Origin: Candidatus Woesebacteria bacterium RBG_16_42_24
GTDB taxonomy: Bacteria > Patescibacteriota > Microgenomatia > UBA8517
Length of the DNA: 64,000 nt
NCBI GenBank assembly: GCA_001792115.1
Contig: MGFX01000001.1
Span: forward strand, 122,694 to 186,693
Reading direction: 5' to 3'
Shown piece after piece: positions 54,273 through 64,000 of this stretch. The notes beneath the pieces were generated by a model. That model did no database searches and was not told where the DNA came from. It saw only the letters and a list, made by a program, of their open reading frames with translations. Within the stretch, counting starts at the first letter, position 1. The number at the start of each line of letters is the position of its first letter. The position numbers were made by a program, and so were the translations under genes.

Positions 54273-55085
54273 ATGAATATTTTTACCACCCTACTTACCC
54301 AACCACTGGCCAACGGATTGGTGCTTTTTTACAAAGTCTTGGGCGACAACATGGGCTTGGCCATAATAGGCTTCAGCCTTTTTTTAAGAGTGATCCTTAA
54401 CCCCCTAACTAAGCCATATATGCAGTCGATGAAAAGAATGAAAGACCTTGCCCCGCGACTCGAAAAATTGAAGGCAAAATATAAAGACGATAAGAAAGGA
54501 ATGGCTCTCGCGCAGGCCGATCTATATAAACAAGAGAAAATTAATCCAGGAGCGGGGTGCCTCCCCTACCTACTGCAGATAGTAGTTCTTATTGCCTTCT
54601 TTAATGTATTTACCAGAACACTTTCTCCGGATGGAGAAATTGCCGGTCGTTTTAACGAGCTACTTTATGGGCCGCTAAAATTTTCTGCCGACCAAATCGT
54701 TAACACGAGATTCCTCTATCTTGACATAACCAAACCAGATGCCTTCCCGGTCTCGGGTCTTCCATTTGCCATTCCAGGACCGATACTTATCTTGGCGGCT
54801 CTTATACAGTTCTTTTCAGCTAAAATGATGGTTCCCTACGTTGCGGCAGAAGAGAAGCTGGCAAAAAAGACTAAAGAGGGAGCCGACGATATCCAGGTGG
54901 CTATGCAAAAAAGTACGATTTATACTTTTCCCCTTTTTACGGTGATTTTTGGTCTTAGATTTCCCTCGGGACTGGCTCTTTATTGGCTTTTGTTCTCCGC
55001 TTCTCAAGCTTATCAGCAGTATAGGACTTCGGGTTGGGGCGGAACGACCCCTTGGCTAAAGAAGGTAGGTTTGCTAAAATCTTGA
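54273..55085 (+). CDS. yidC: membrane protein insertase YidC (short form)
   Basis: 270 aa; 5-TM core with conserved P..LLQ...L..F/ Y.LLFSASQ motifs; follows yidD. Confidence 0.8.
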   Translation: MNIFTTLLTQPLANGLVLFYKVLGDNMGLAIIGFSLFLRVILNPLTKPYMQSMKRMKDLAPRLEKLKAKYKDDKKGMALAQADLYKQEKINPGAGCLPYLLQIVVLIAFFNVFTRTLSPDGEIAGRFNELLYGPLKFSADQIVNTRFLYLDITKPDAFPVSGLPFAIPGPILILAALIQFFSAKMMVPYVAAEEKLAKKTKEGADDIQVAMQKSTIYTFPLFTVIFGLRFPSGLALYWLLFSASQAYQQYRTSGWGGTTPWLKKVGLLKS

Positions 55086-55088
55086 CCT

Positions 55089-55565
55089 ATGGTACAAAAG
55101 AAAAAAGAATCTAAGGGTGAGACGGCTAAGAAGTTAACCGAAGAGCTTTTAGAATTAATGGGAGTAGCGGCGAGTATCGAGGTTGCCGAGGGTGCTGAAA
55201 ATGATGCCCTTGTTGTTGACGTCTCCTCTGAAAATGAAACCGGTCTTTTAATAGGGAGACACGGGGTCACACTTCTTTCTTTACAGGCGGCAATTGGAAT
55301 GATGCTAAAGCAAAAGCTTGGGGAGTGGGTTCGTGTGATTGTCAATGTCGGCGACTGGAGGCAAAAAGAGGAGGAACACCTGGGGGGGTTGGCGGAGGCA
55401 GCAGCAGAAAGAGTAAAGACGACAGGGGAGCCCCAACCGATTTACAATCTTACACCGAGCCAAAGAAGAATTGTTCATTTGAAACTATCCACCGACCCGA
55501 GCATAGCAACAGAATCTCAAGGTGAAGGAGAAGAACGATATCTGGTTGTTAAGAAAAAAGGATAG
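55089..55565 (+). CDS. jag: Jag/SpoIIIJ-associated KH + R3H RNA-binding protein
   Basis: 158 aa; C-terminal R3H (LTPSQRRIVHLKLS); canonical yidC-jag synteny. Confidence 0.7.
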   Translation: MVQKKKESKGETAKKLTEELLELMGVAASIEVAEGAENDALVVDVSSENETGLLIGRHGVTLLSLQAAIGMMLKQKLGEWVRVIVNVGDWRQKEEEHLGGLAEAAAERVKTTGEPQPIYNLTPSQRRIVHLKLSTDPSIATESQGEGEERYLVVKKKG

Positions 55566-56826
55566 CAAGATGTCTAAGCTGGGAAGGCTCTATCTTGCCC
55601 AGCAAATAGTTTTTGCTATTCTCATCTTTTTAATCCCAACCCAGCTGGGTTACCACATTTGGCTCCCGAGTTCTTACTTTTTTGGAATAAGGGTTGACTA
55701 TTTTGTACCTACAATTTATCTGACCGACCTTGCCACACTGGCATTATTTGGGCTTTATCTTTTACAGAAAATTAGAAGCAAAGAACCCGTATTTAAAAAG
55801 CGCGACTTTATTTATCTCTTATTGTTTCTGGGCCTGGCGCTTTTAAATACATTCTTGGCTACGTCTTTCGAACCATCTTTAATAAAATGGATGAAATATA
55901 CAGAGCTTTTTTTGTTGGCGCTTTATATAAAAAACCAATACAAGCTAGAGGCAAATTCGTGGGTGTTATTGCCTTTACTGCTTTCTGGACTTTTCTTTTC
56001 CTCAATTGGAATCGCCCAATTTATTTCTCAGAAGACTCTCGGAGGCCCGTTTTATTTATTAGGGGAAAGGGCATTCAACGCGGGTACGCCGGGCATCGCT
56101 TTAGCCCGCTATTTTGGTTCTTATCTGCTTAGGGCATATTCCACCTTTTCTCATCCAAATTCCTTCGCTGCATTTTTAGGATTTCTGTTAATAGCTGGTT
56201 ATTTTTTTATACCCAAAGGACCTCTGGCCAAGATACTCCGATGGGTTTCATTAGGTTTGGGAATAACCGCGCTCTATCTGACTCTTTCAAAGTGGGTATA
56301 TATTTCTCTGCTTATGATTTTTTCGACGATATATTTAAACAAACAGAGAGTAATTGATATTAGAAAAATTATTCCTTGGATTTTGGGATCAGTTGTTGTC
56401 GCAAGCTTGCTACTAACTATTTTTTCAAACAAAATTTTAGAGGCGGATAGACCCTTTTCCGAGGCCTTTTTAGAAAGACTTTATCTTGCCAAAAGGGCAG
56501 GAGACATTGTAGTAAAAAATCCCCTCATTGGTGTTGGTTTAAATAATTACATACTTAATTTACCAAGGAGCGACGTTGTTGGCTTCTCATGGGAACTTCA
56601 ACCGGTACATAATATTTTCCTTTTAACGTTTTCTGAGGTAGGACTTATCGGACTTCTGGTGTTTACCCTGCTTCTTGCGAAGGGTTTGCAGAATTCAAAA
56701 GGGCTCGTGTTTTGGGCGCTTTTATTTATTGTTTTTTCAGGATTCGCCGACCATTATTGGTTGACTCTACAACAAAATCAGTTAATTTTCACTCTAGTCC
56801 TGGGCCTTGCCTTAAGAGAAACTTGA
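55522..56826 (+). CDS. O-antigen ligase/polymerase-like (Wzy_C family) polytopic membrane protein
   Basis: 434 aa; ≥10 TM; large periplasmic loop region with conserved H/R pattern (FSHPNSFAAFLG); assignment by architecture. Confidence 0.4.
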   Translation: MKEKNDIWLLRKKDSKMSKLGRLYLAQQIVFAILIFLIPTQLGYHIWLPSSYFFGIRVDYFVPTIYLTDLATLALFGLYLLQKIRSKEPVFKKRDFIYLLLFLGLALLNTFLATSFEPSLIKWMKYTELFLLALYIKNQYKLEANSWVLLPLLLSGLFFSSIGIAQFISQKTLGGPFYLLGERAFNAGTPGIALARYFGSYLLRAYSTFSHPNSFAAFLGFLLIAGYFFIPKGPLAKILRWVSLGLGITALYLTLSKWVYISLLMIFSTIYLNKQRVIDIRKIIPWILGSVVVASLLLTIFSNKILEADRPFSEAFLERLYLAKRAGDIVVKNPLIGVGLNNYILNLPRSDVVGFSWELQPVHNIFLLTFSEVGLIGLLVFTLLLAKGLQNSKGLVFWALLFIVFSGFADHYWLTLQQNQLIFTLVLGLALRET

Positions 56827-56863
56827 GTCTTTTTTGACCCACTACTTATGTTAAACTGACTCC

Positions 56864-57280
56864 GTGGAAAGCGCGATTTATATAAATTGCGATGGAGGAG
56901 CAAGAGGAAACCCTGGCCCGGCCGCCTCGGCCTTTGTTGTTAAAAAAGAAGGCAAAGGTATTTACAAGCAACAGAAATATTTAGGAAAAACGACAAACAA
57001 TGTCGCTGAATATCAGGCCGTGATCTCAGCCCTTAAATGGCTCACTGAAAATAAAAAAATAGCCGGTGGAGCCGACATAATTTTTCTCTTGGACTCGGAA
57101 CTAATTACAAAACAACTTATGGGAATTTATAAAACAAAAAATCCTACACTAAAAAAACTATTCACGTCGGCGAAGCTTTTAGAACAGGGATTGTCGAATA
57201 AAATTTATTACAAAAGAATCCCTCGGGAAAAAAATATGGACGCGGACTATTTGGTAAATACAGTTTTAAGAAACTATTGA
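56864..57280 (+). CDS. rnhA: ribonuclease H (type 1)
   Basis: 138 aa; IYINCDGGARGNPGPAA.., NNVAEYQAVISAL, DSELITKQL, C-terminal D..VN catalytic residues. Confidence 0.75.
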   Translation: MESAIYINCDGGARGNPGPAASAFVVKKEGKGIYKQQKYLGKTTNNVAEYQAVISALKWLTENKKIAGGADIIFLLDSELITKQLMGIYKTKNPTLKKLFTSAKLLEQGLSNKIYYKRIPREKNMDADYLVNTVLRNY

Positions 57281-57347
57281 ATTTCACGTCATCGAAAAAT
57301 AATAATCTTTTTTAACTTACTGTCACCTGAAAAAATAATTTTTTCTC

Positions 57348-59951
57348 GTGAACTTTAGCAATGAAATGCGAAAGCAATTTTCCTCCAACGGAAGACCCGT
57401 TGCTGTCTTTGTAACAGAATTAGACGACCTATCTTTTTCTCTTTGTAAAAATTTAATTAAAAAGTCGTGCAAAATATTTTTAATTACGAAAAAAAGAAAA
57501 AGGTGGAAAGAAATAATAAGAAAATTATGGGGACCGGGAAACATAGCGTTCCTCAATATAAATGAGATTTATAAACTTGAAAGGATAGATTATTTTCTTT
57601 ATCACTACAATCTTTTCAGAGCCCTATCTTCTAACCACCTGACGGCAAAAAAAGAAATTAAGAAGGAAATTTCAATACTCGCACAAAAAACCGCTTCTTT
57701 CAGGCCAAAAAACATACTTCTACTTCCAGTTGTTCACGGAATGTTAATAAATAGAGAATCGATTGTCGGTAGACTGGTTTATTTTTCAGAATCATTCGGA
57801 CCCCACATGATTTTAACAAAAAATCTTTTTATTTTTTCTGCGCTGGAGGCTTACGCGAAAGAAAAAAGACTTATGCTTCCTAAAGAAGATGAAACATTTA
57901 GACCTGTTTTTTCCGACACGCTTGCAGATAAAATTTTAAAGATATTGTTTTCTATAGCCTACCCTTACGAAATTACGTTGGTCGGTGAGACAATTTCTGC
58001 CCAAACATTTCTTACAAAATTGAACTTTGATCCAGAAAAAATAGAGACTAAAAAGAGAAGTTATAAAAACTACTACGAAAGGAGTATTGGGCAAAAGATT
58101 TCTTTGGGAGAGATTGCCGGGCTTAGCCAAACCACCCAGTTTTTAAAAGATGGTGGAAGACCCCCCGTGAGAGCTAGTAGGAAAGTTAAATATTCTTCAG
58201 GTATAGCAATATTCATTATTACGCTAGTATTATTACCCTTCTTTACCCTGCTTATTTCTGGGACGTTGCTCGCAACGTCATTTCTACTCGCAAAAAAGGG
58301 GCAATTCTTTCTATCAAAAACTGCTCTAATAACTTCAAGAGATGCGTCAAAAATTTCCGAATTAGGGTTTGGGATACTTTCCGGCATTCCGGGGGTCAAA
58401 AGACCCTTCGCTTTTTTTGCAACCATATCGGAAATATTTGCAAGAAGTGCAAACCTAGGAGAGAAAAGTCTATTACTTGTAGAAAACGCAAATTCGCTTT
58501 TTGCAAAGTTTATAGAGGGGAAGCCCTATAGCGTCTTGGAATATTCCCAGCGTTTATCAACAGAACTTGATTATGTATATAGAGAGTCTGGGTTTATCTT
58601 GGGTGAAATTTACTCTGATCCTTATCTAGCTAGCAACATTGAAAAGATTAGAGGTTTTACCGAACTATCCAAAAAAAGAGAATATCTTGTTTTTCTAGCG
58701 CAACTTAGCGAGGACCTACCTCAACTCTTTGGGGAAGCGCATCCCAGAAAGTATTTAATACTTTTACAAAACAACATGGAACTAAGACCAACGGGAGGTT
58801 TTATAGGTTCTTTTGCTTTGGTTTCGGTCGAGAGTGGAGCGCTTACAAATTTAGAAATTTGGGACGTATTTGAAGCGGACGGTCAGCTCAAGGGTCACGT
58901 CGAGCCCCCTCTCCCGATAAAGGCCTACTTAAACGAGGCAAACTGGTTTTTGAGAGACTCTAATTGGGATCCGGATTTTGGAATATCGGCCGCCCGTGCA
59001 GAATGGTTTTTAGATAAGGAAATTGACGAGAAGGTAGATGGAGTAGTTGCGGTCGATCTGGAATTTGTTAAGCGCATGCTTACGGTTACGGGGCCACTTA
59101 CTATTAGCGACTACGACGTTGTAGTTGATGAGAAAAATTTTTATGAAGTCACCCAAAAAGAAGTTGAGGAAGATTTCTTTCCCGGCTCGACCAAAAAGTC
59201 TGGTTTCCTCACGGCAGTCTACAAAGCTCTGTCTGAGGAAGCTAAGGAAATTGATGCGAAGAAGGGGATTGCCTTGGGTATAAACGTTTTAGAAAATCTA
59301 CAAGAGCGGCACGTCCAAATATTTGCCCACGAAAAATCAACTGCGAGGGCCATAAAAGAACTTGGTTGGGATGGAAGTATTTCAAAAATAGGTGCTTGCG
59401 GAGATAATTGCTATTCCGACATTTTGGGGATTGTTGAGGCAAACGTTGGAGTCAATAAAGCAAACATTAACGTTACAAGGTCATTTTCCGCTTCAATAAA
59501 TTTGTTAGAAGGAAAACTAAAAAGAGAATTTACTGTCCACCTAAATAATTCTAACGATAAGGGTTTGGGGGAAAAAGGAATATATAAAGCTTATATCAGG
59601 GCCATAGCATCCCAAAAGGCCTCTTTTAGAAGGGCAAAATTAGTGAGAGGGGGTGGGGGGATTGAGGTTACACCCGAACTTGAAGATGTGAGAGACCGCA
59701 AAGAAGCGGGGGTGATGGTCATTGTTGCTCCACAAGAGACGGTTTCTTTAACTTTTTCCTGGGAAGAACCTACGGGAGTAACCCCCCAAAAAGGAGGAGA
59801 ATATAGGTTTCTTATCCGTAAACAGGCTGGGACCTCGGCCGACCCCATTGCCGTAAGTATTACGGGTCTCGGGAATTCCTTGACCGGTCAGCCAAGCTTT
59901 GTATATAATACGCTACTAGCGAGAGATTTTGTCTCTCGCGTTTCTTGGTAA
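57348..59951 (+). CDS. DUF4012-domain large membrane-anchored protein
   Basis: 867 aa; C-terminal LLQNNMELRPTGGFIGSFALV... matches DUF4012 signature; central TM segments. Confidence 0.5.
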   Translation: MNFSNEMRKQFSSNGRPVAVFVTELDDLSFSLCKNLIKKSCKIFLITKKRKRWKEIIRKLWGPGNIAFLNINEIYKLERIDYFLYHYNLFRALSSNHLTAKKEIKKEISILAQKTASFRPKNILLLPVVHGMLINRESIVGRLVYFSESFGPHMILTKNLFIFSALEAYAKEKRLMLPKEDETFRPVFSDTLADKILKILFSIAYPYEITLVGETISAQTFLTKLNFDPEKIETKKRSYKNYYERSIGQKISLGEIAGLSQTTQFLKDGGRPPVRASRKVKYSSGIAIFIITLVLLPFFTLLISGTLLATSFLLAKKGQFFLSKTALITSRDASKISELGFGILSGIPGVKRPFAFFATISEIFARSANLGEKSLLLVENANSLFAKFIEGKPYSVLEYSQRLSTELDYVYRESGFILGEIYSDPYLASNIEKIRGFTELSKKREYLVFLAQLSEDLPQLFGEAHPRKYLILLQNNMELRPTGGFIGSFALVSVESGALTNLEIWDVFEADGQLKGHVEPPLPIKAYLNEANWFLRDSNWDPDFGISAARAEWFLDKEIDEKVDGVVAVDLEFVKRMLTVTGPLTISDYDVVVDEKNFYEVTQKEVEEDFFPGSTKKSGFLTAVYKALSEEAKEIDAKKGIALGINVLENLQERHVQIFAHEKSTARAIKELGWDGSISKIGACGDNCYSDILGIVEANVGVNKANINVTRSFSASINLLEGKLKREFTVHLNNSNDKGLGEKGIYKAYIRAIASQKASFRRAKLVRGGGGIEVTPELEDVRDRKEAGVMVIVAPQETVSLTFSWEEPTGVTPQKGGEYRFLIRKQAGTSADPIAVSITGLGNSLTGQPSFVYNTLLARDFVSRVSW

Positions 59952-59985
59952 ACCCCCATACCAAGATTTGGTGCTAGGGGTAAAC

Positions 59986-60705
59986 ATGGATATACACAAA
60001 CTTTCCGCTCAAAAAAGAGAAATTTTAGGAAGAAAAGTAAAGACTTTAAGAAAAGAAGGTCTTCTTCCTGCTAACCTCTATGGAAAGAAAATAAAATCTG
60101 AGTCACTGCAAGTCAAACTTACTGATTTTGTTCCGATATATAAGGAAGCGGGAGAGACTGGGGTTATCAGCTTGACAGTTTCCGGCAAGAGCAAGGGAAA
60201 GGGCGAGGAGGTTTCGGTTCTTGTTGCCAATCTGCAAAAAGATCCAATTAGCGATAGTCCAATCCACGTTGATTTTAGAAAGGTAGACCTCAAGGAGAAA
60301 ATTACCGCAGCCGTTCCTGTTGAATTCACCGGAGAAGCTCCTTGCGAAAAGACCGGGATTGGAACTGTTGTTCAGTATTTGGACGAGGTTGAGGTTGAAG
60401 CATTACCTACTGACCTCCCCGAAAAATTTGAAGTTGACGTTTCAGTTCTTACCGAGGTTGACCAGGCAATTTACTTGAAAGATCTTAAAATCGACAAGGC
60501 AAAAGTGACCCTCAAAGACGACATTCAAAAAATTATTGCTAAAGTCGAACCTCCTCAAAAGGTAGAAGAAGAAGCGCCACCAGCGGAAGAAGTTCCCGTA
60601 GAGGGAGAAGTTGCCGGAGCTCCGAGTGGGGAGGTTCCCTCTGAAGAAGCAACGGAAGCACCCGTGCCAGCCAGTAACGAAAAGCAAACTCCATCAGAAC
60701 CCTAG
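59986..60705 (+). CDS. rplY: 50S ribosomal protein L25 / general stress protein Ctc
   Basis: From ATG 59986: MDIHKLSAQKREILGRKVKTLRKEGLLPANLYG...; long acidic C-terminal tail as in Ctc forms. Confidence 0.8.
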   Translation: MDIHKLSAQKREILGRKVKTLRKEGLLPANLYGKKIKSESLQVKLTDFVPIYKEAGETGVISLTVSGKSKGKGEEVSVLVANLQKDPISDSPIHVDFRKVDLKEKITAAVPVEFTGEAPCEKTGIGTVVQYLDEVEVEALPTDLPEKFEVDVSVLTEVDQAIYLKDLKIDKAKVTLKDDIQKIIAKVEPPQKVEEEAPPAEEVPVEGEVAGAPSGEVPSEEATEAPVPASNEKQTPSEP

Positions 60706-61023
60706 GGATTTTTTTGCTTCATTAACGCTTTTGGAGTTTGGGCTTAAGTTATGGGCCGATAGCCAGTAAACTGCCGCTTTATTAGTATTTCCCCTTCTTG
60801 CTTCGAGAAGCGAGAGCCTGACAAGTCCATCTACATAGGTGGGATTTTTATTAATAAATTTTTCCCAAAAGAGAATTTCATCATCGGCATCATAGCTTGC
60901 TGAGAGTACCTGGGTCGTCGGAGTAGGGTGGGGTTTGAGAATAAAAAACCCTAGTGAGATAAGAATTAAAGAAAAAGACACAAAAGCTAAATTAACAGGA
61001 CCTCTTTTTTTATGCTTCAACAT
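60694..61023 (-). CDS. membrane-anchored hypothetical protein
   Basis: 109 aa; N-terminal TM; no motif. Confidence 0.35.
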   Translation of the reverse strand: MLKHKKRGPVNLAFVSFSLILISLGFFILKPHPTPTTQVLSASYDADDEILFWEKFINKNPTYVDGLVRLSLLEARRGNTNKAAVYWLSAHNLSPNSKSVNEAKKSLGF

Positions 61024-61057
61024 TTTATATTGACTTTCAAACTCACTACTAGCTACT

Positions 61058-61870
61058 ATGATTAGTATGGAAGAAAATAGCGGGGGGAATCAAGGAGCTT
61101 TCGGGGGGGAGGAGGTGGGCCCACTCACCTCTACTTCGCAAAACCCTCCACCGACAAACCTCCAAGTTTCTGGAGTGAGCCATATTCTAGAAACGAATGT
61201 AATGGGGACGGTAAATTCTGGCGGTAGAAACAGGTCGAAAATATTTATCTGGCTAATATTAGCTTTTATCTTGCTTCTTATAATGGCGTTAGCAGCCTAC
61301 TTTTTGGGTTCTGGCCAAACCCCAAAGCTTCCAATCCCCAATATTTCTAAAACACAAGATGGCTCCGGGCCTACCCCTTCGGACCAGAACGTAGTACCCA
61401 CTTCAACTCCGCAAGTTGTGGAAGGGATAGAGGGTTGGCTGGAGTATAAAAAAGGAGGACAATTTTCTTTTAAGTACCCTCCCGAGGCCGAAACTAAAGA
61501 GTATGATGATGGTTCCTTTGCAGTTACTCAATGGGGACCAACCCAAAAAGAAGGTACAGAGTTCTACGACGGAGTCTCTATGTCCTTTAGGGCCTTTGAC
61601 CCAGAGGGAAAAACCTTAAAAGAAACGGCTGATGTGCGCTATTTAGAACTAAAAGATGTTTTTGAAACTACCCAGCCGGTGGTTACATCTGTAGCCCAAG
61701 TGAGTGGTTATACTTTTCGCGTGAGGGGTTTCGTTGACGCAGATTATTATTACGTGGTGATTAACCCGACACTTTATTTGGAAGTTATTAATGCAACAAA
61801 AGATCCGACTGACGCGGGCTTTACCGAAACTGCCGGGAAAATTCTGATGACGCTAGTTCTTAACCCCTAA
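61058..61870 (+). CDS. secreted hypothetical protein
   Basis: 270 aa; Gly-rich N-terminus, TM, Pro/Thr linker, C-terminal globular domain. Confidence 0.35.
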   Translation: MISMEENSGGNQGAFGGEEVGPLTSTSQNPPPTNLQVSGVSHILETNVMGTVNSGGRNRSKIFIWLILAFILLLIMALAAYFLGSGQTPKLPIPNISKTQDGSGPTPSDQNVVPTSTPQVVEGIEGWLEYKKGGQFSFKYPPEAETKEYDDGSFAVTQWGPTQKEGTEFYDGVSMSFRAFDPEGKTLKETADVRYLELKDVFETTQPVVTSVAQVSGYTFRVRGFVDADYYYVVINPTLYLEVINATKDPTDAGFTETAGKILMTLVLNP

Positions 61871-63943
61871 CTATTTCGGCCAAGGGGCAGAAATTAGGAT
61901 GGGGGAGTCAAATCGCTCTTTGCCCTCCTGCCAAATTACTTCGGTCACAAATGGCATGAATGGATGTAGAAGTTTTAGGCTTTCTTGAAGAACAAGCTCC
62001 AATGTTTTTTGGGCTTCTTCTCGTCTTTCTTTTGTTTTTTCAATATAGACATCTGCAAATTTATGCCAGATAAAGTCATAAATTTCCTCGGCAGCTTCAC
62101 TCAGACGATATTTTTCAAGAAGTCTCGTGATATTACGGGAAGTGACCTTTAGGTGTTTAATTATTTCCAAGTCATCTGTGTTTTTCTTGGCCTTTTTTGC
62201 TGGGGATTGCATAAAAACAAAACGTGCAACGTTCCAAATTTTATTGGCAAAATTTCTCTGTCCTTTAATATTATCCTCGGAAACAGAATTGTCGTTTTCT
62301 ACAAGCGATCCCCAAATTAAAGCAACCCTTAAGGCGTCTGCGCCATATTTTTGAACCATTTCGATTGGATTAATTATGTTGCCTTTAGATTTGCTTATTT
62401 TTACTCCGTATTTGTCTCTGACCAATCCATGAAGCAGAACCTCTTTGAATGGAGGCTTGCCGGTTACATAAAGACCAAGCATAATCATTCTAATGACCCA
62501 AAATGGAAGTATGTCGTAGGCTGGATTCATGACGCTTGTTGGATAAAAGTATTCAAAGTCTCCCCGTTTTGTCGTCTGTAGGGTAGCAAACGGCCACTGG
62601 CCTGAAGAAAACCAAGTGTCAAACGTGTCAGGATCTTGAGTTAACTTAGTATGTGAACAGGATTCGCATTTTTCAGGTGGAGGGCCTTCTGTAATGGTCC
62701 ACTCGAGACACTTGTCACATCGAAAGGCCGGAATTCGAATTCCCCAAACAATTTGGCGGCTTATGTTCCAATCTCTCAAGTTTTTCAGCCAGTAGACTGC
62801 TATTTTTTCATACTTTTCGGCTGTGAACTTAACTTGACCGGCATGGATAGCCTTTAGAGCCGGTTTTGCTAGGGGAGAAATTTTGACAAACCACTGTTTC
62901 GAAAGCATTGGTTCGATTAATCCCTTATCGCGGTAGCAGACACCAACAACGTGTTTGATAGTCTCAACCTTTTTAATTAGGTGATTCGCGTTAAGGTCCT
63001 CTACCACCGCTGCCCTTGCTTCGGGGGCTTTCAATCCAATGTACTTTTCAGGAGTATTTACAATGCGACCGGAAGAGTCGATAACAGATACCGCCGAGAG
63101 GTTATGCTTCTGTCCAATTTCAAAGTCGACTGCGTCGTGTCCCGGGGTAATTTTTAAAGCACCCGTACCAAAACTTTTATCCACTAAGGAATCAGAAATT
63201 ATTGGAACCTTTCTTCCAATAAGCGGGAGGGTAGCGGTTTTACCTACGAGGTTTTTATATTTTTTGTCCTCCGGGTTAACCGCAACCGCAACGTCGGCAA
63301 AAATGGTTTCGGGCCTGGTTGTTGCGATACTAATTCCTCCATAGTCTAAATAATAAAGAGGATCTTCCCTCTCAACAGAGTCAACCTCAAGCTGTGAGAA
63401 AGCAGTACCACACCTAGGACAATAATTCACAATCCGCTCCCCACGGTATATAAGTCCATCATCGTAAAGTCTTTTAAAAGTTTTATAGACAACCTTAATT
63501 ATTTCTGGCCCTAGAGTGAAGCGGTTTCTACTCCAGTCGCAGGACGCACCCAGGGTCCGTAGCTGATTTTCCATTGTGGATTTATTTTCTTGGACATAAT
63601 CCCAAATCATTTTAAATAAAGTTTCGCGGTCGAAATCGAATCTGGATTTACCTTCTTTTTGGAGTTTTTTTTCGAATACAAATTGGGTTTCGATTCCAGC
63701 GTGATCGGCTCCTGGAAGCCACAATGTCGACTCTCCTCTCATTCTGTGATAGCGCGTAAGAATATCTTGAGTAGCGACTTCTCTAGCGTGACCAATATGT
63801 AAGGGGTCGTTGGCGTTTGGCGGAGGCATGATTATTGTAAAAGGTTTCTTTTTCTTGTCCACTTTGGCAGTAAATGCCCCAGAATTTTCCCACTGTCTAT
63901 AGATATCTGCCTCGAATTTTGTATGGTCGTAAACTTTGTCCAT
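61871..63943 (-). CDS. valS: valyl-tRNA synthetase (compact form)
   Basis: 690 aa; class I HIGH (PPPNANDPLHIGHA) and KMSKS (KISKSKGN); PPPN...HxGHA is ValS-like; Zn/editing regions reduced. Confidence 0.75.
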   Translation of the reverse strand: MDKVYDHTKFEADIYRQWENSGAFTAKVDKKKKPFTIIMPPPNANDPLHIGHAREVATQDILTRYHRMRGESTLWLPGADHAGIETQFVFEKKLQKEGKSRFDFDRETLFKMIWDYVQENKSTMENQLRTLGASCDWSRNRFTLGPEIIKVVYKTFKRLYDDGLIYRGERIVNYCPRCGTAFSQLEVDSVEREDPLYYLDYGGISIATTRPETIFADVAVAVNPEDKKYKNLVGKTATLPLIGRKVPIISDSLVDKSFGTGALKITPGHDAVDFEIGQKHNLSAVSVIDSSGRIVNTPEKYIGLKAPEARAAVVEDLNANHLIKKVETIKHVVGVCYRDKGLIEPMLSKQWFVKISPLAKPALKAIHAGQVKFTAEKYEKIAVYWLKNLRDWNISRQIVWGIRIPAFRCDKCLEWTITEGPPPEKCESCSHTKLTQDPDTFDTWFSSGQWPFATLQTTKRGDFEYFYPTSVMNPAYDILPFWVIRMIMLGLYVTGKPPFKEVLLHGLVRDKYGVKISKSKGNIINPIEMVQKYGADALRVALIWGSLVENDNSVSEDNIKGQRNFANKIWNVARFVFMQSPAKKAKKNTDDLEIIKHLKVTSRNITRLLEKYRLSEAAEEIYDFIWHKFADVYIEKTKERREEAQKTLELVLQESLKLLHPFMPFVTEVIWQEGKERFDSPILISAPWPK

Positions 63944-64000
63944 ACTTATGGTCGAATTATACCAACATTCGAGAAAACTCCAAAATTAGATTTTGGGGAT

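Noticed and set aside
256-60687. Numerous 60-165-aa ORFs antisense to or nested within long genes (e.g. 256..546+, 1490..1678+, 16429..16731+, 17472..17939+, 37713..38210-, 41017..43098+ set, 46036..46283-)
   Set aside because: They lie fully inside confidently assigned genes on the opposite strand or in alternate frames, and have biased low-complexity composition (Ser/Pro/Arg-rich) typical of shadow ORFs.

Overview
The window reads as a streamlined, small-protein bacterial genome of Candidate Phyla Radiation (Patescibacteria) type, using the standard genetic code. This is inferred from an archaeal-type short triosephosphate isomerase, short aminoacyl-tRNA synthetase and PGK, many TIGR02436 four-helix-bundle genes and numerous pilin-like small genes. 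Content by region: (1) 0-9 kb: sugar-phosphate/glycolytic genes (rpe, gap, pgk, rpiB, tpiA) plus metal transporters. (2) 9.7-15.3 kb: an accessory array of small cassette-like genes (RelE/RelB, HicAB, GNAT, C39-like peptidase, unknowns), each ending in a modular conserved repeat with a variable centre (attC-like organisation, but no integrase visible). (3) 15.3-26.6 kb: rpoD-dnaG, a stable-RNA cluster (tRNA-Asn, four tRNA-Ser isoacceptors, tRNA-Arg, tmRNA with smpB) interleaved with four paralogous YhbQ/UPF0213-type GIY-YIG nuclease genes bracketed by hairpins/inverted repeats, and tandem NUDIX genes. (4) 28.8-50.4 kb: cell-envelope genes (SpoIID/LytB coiled-coil protein, bPH_2 membrane protein, uppS) embedded in what looks like a Gram-positive/CPR-type type IV secretion-like locus. 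That locus has at least 8 tandem paralogous VirB2/TrbC-like pilin genes, a 799-aa Cys-rich secreted protein, a polytopic VirB6/PrgH-like protein, a PrgI(VirB3)-like protein with a C-terminal extension, a VirB4 ATPase and a membrane protein with a C-terminal HExxH metallopeptidase-like domain. (5) 50.4-64 kb: the replication-origin neighbourhood (dnaN-dnaA with DnaA boxes, rpmH-rnpA-yidD-yidC-jag), an O-antigen-ligase-like protein, RNase H, a DUF4012 protein, rplY and valS. Superimposed on this are two families of palindromic intergenic elements: heptamer-iteron palindromes (TTCCAAA/TTTGGAA arms around an AATTATCAAA core) and AGTGCATAGTACATAG palindromes. Each of the three four-helix-bundle genes sits between the two arms of a palindrome: two within these families and the third within a separate CAGGTAG/CTACCTG inverted-repeat pair. 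All calls are from reading the sequence and ORF translations; no database search was run.
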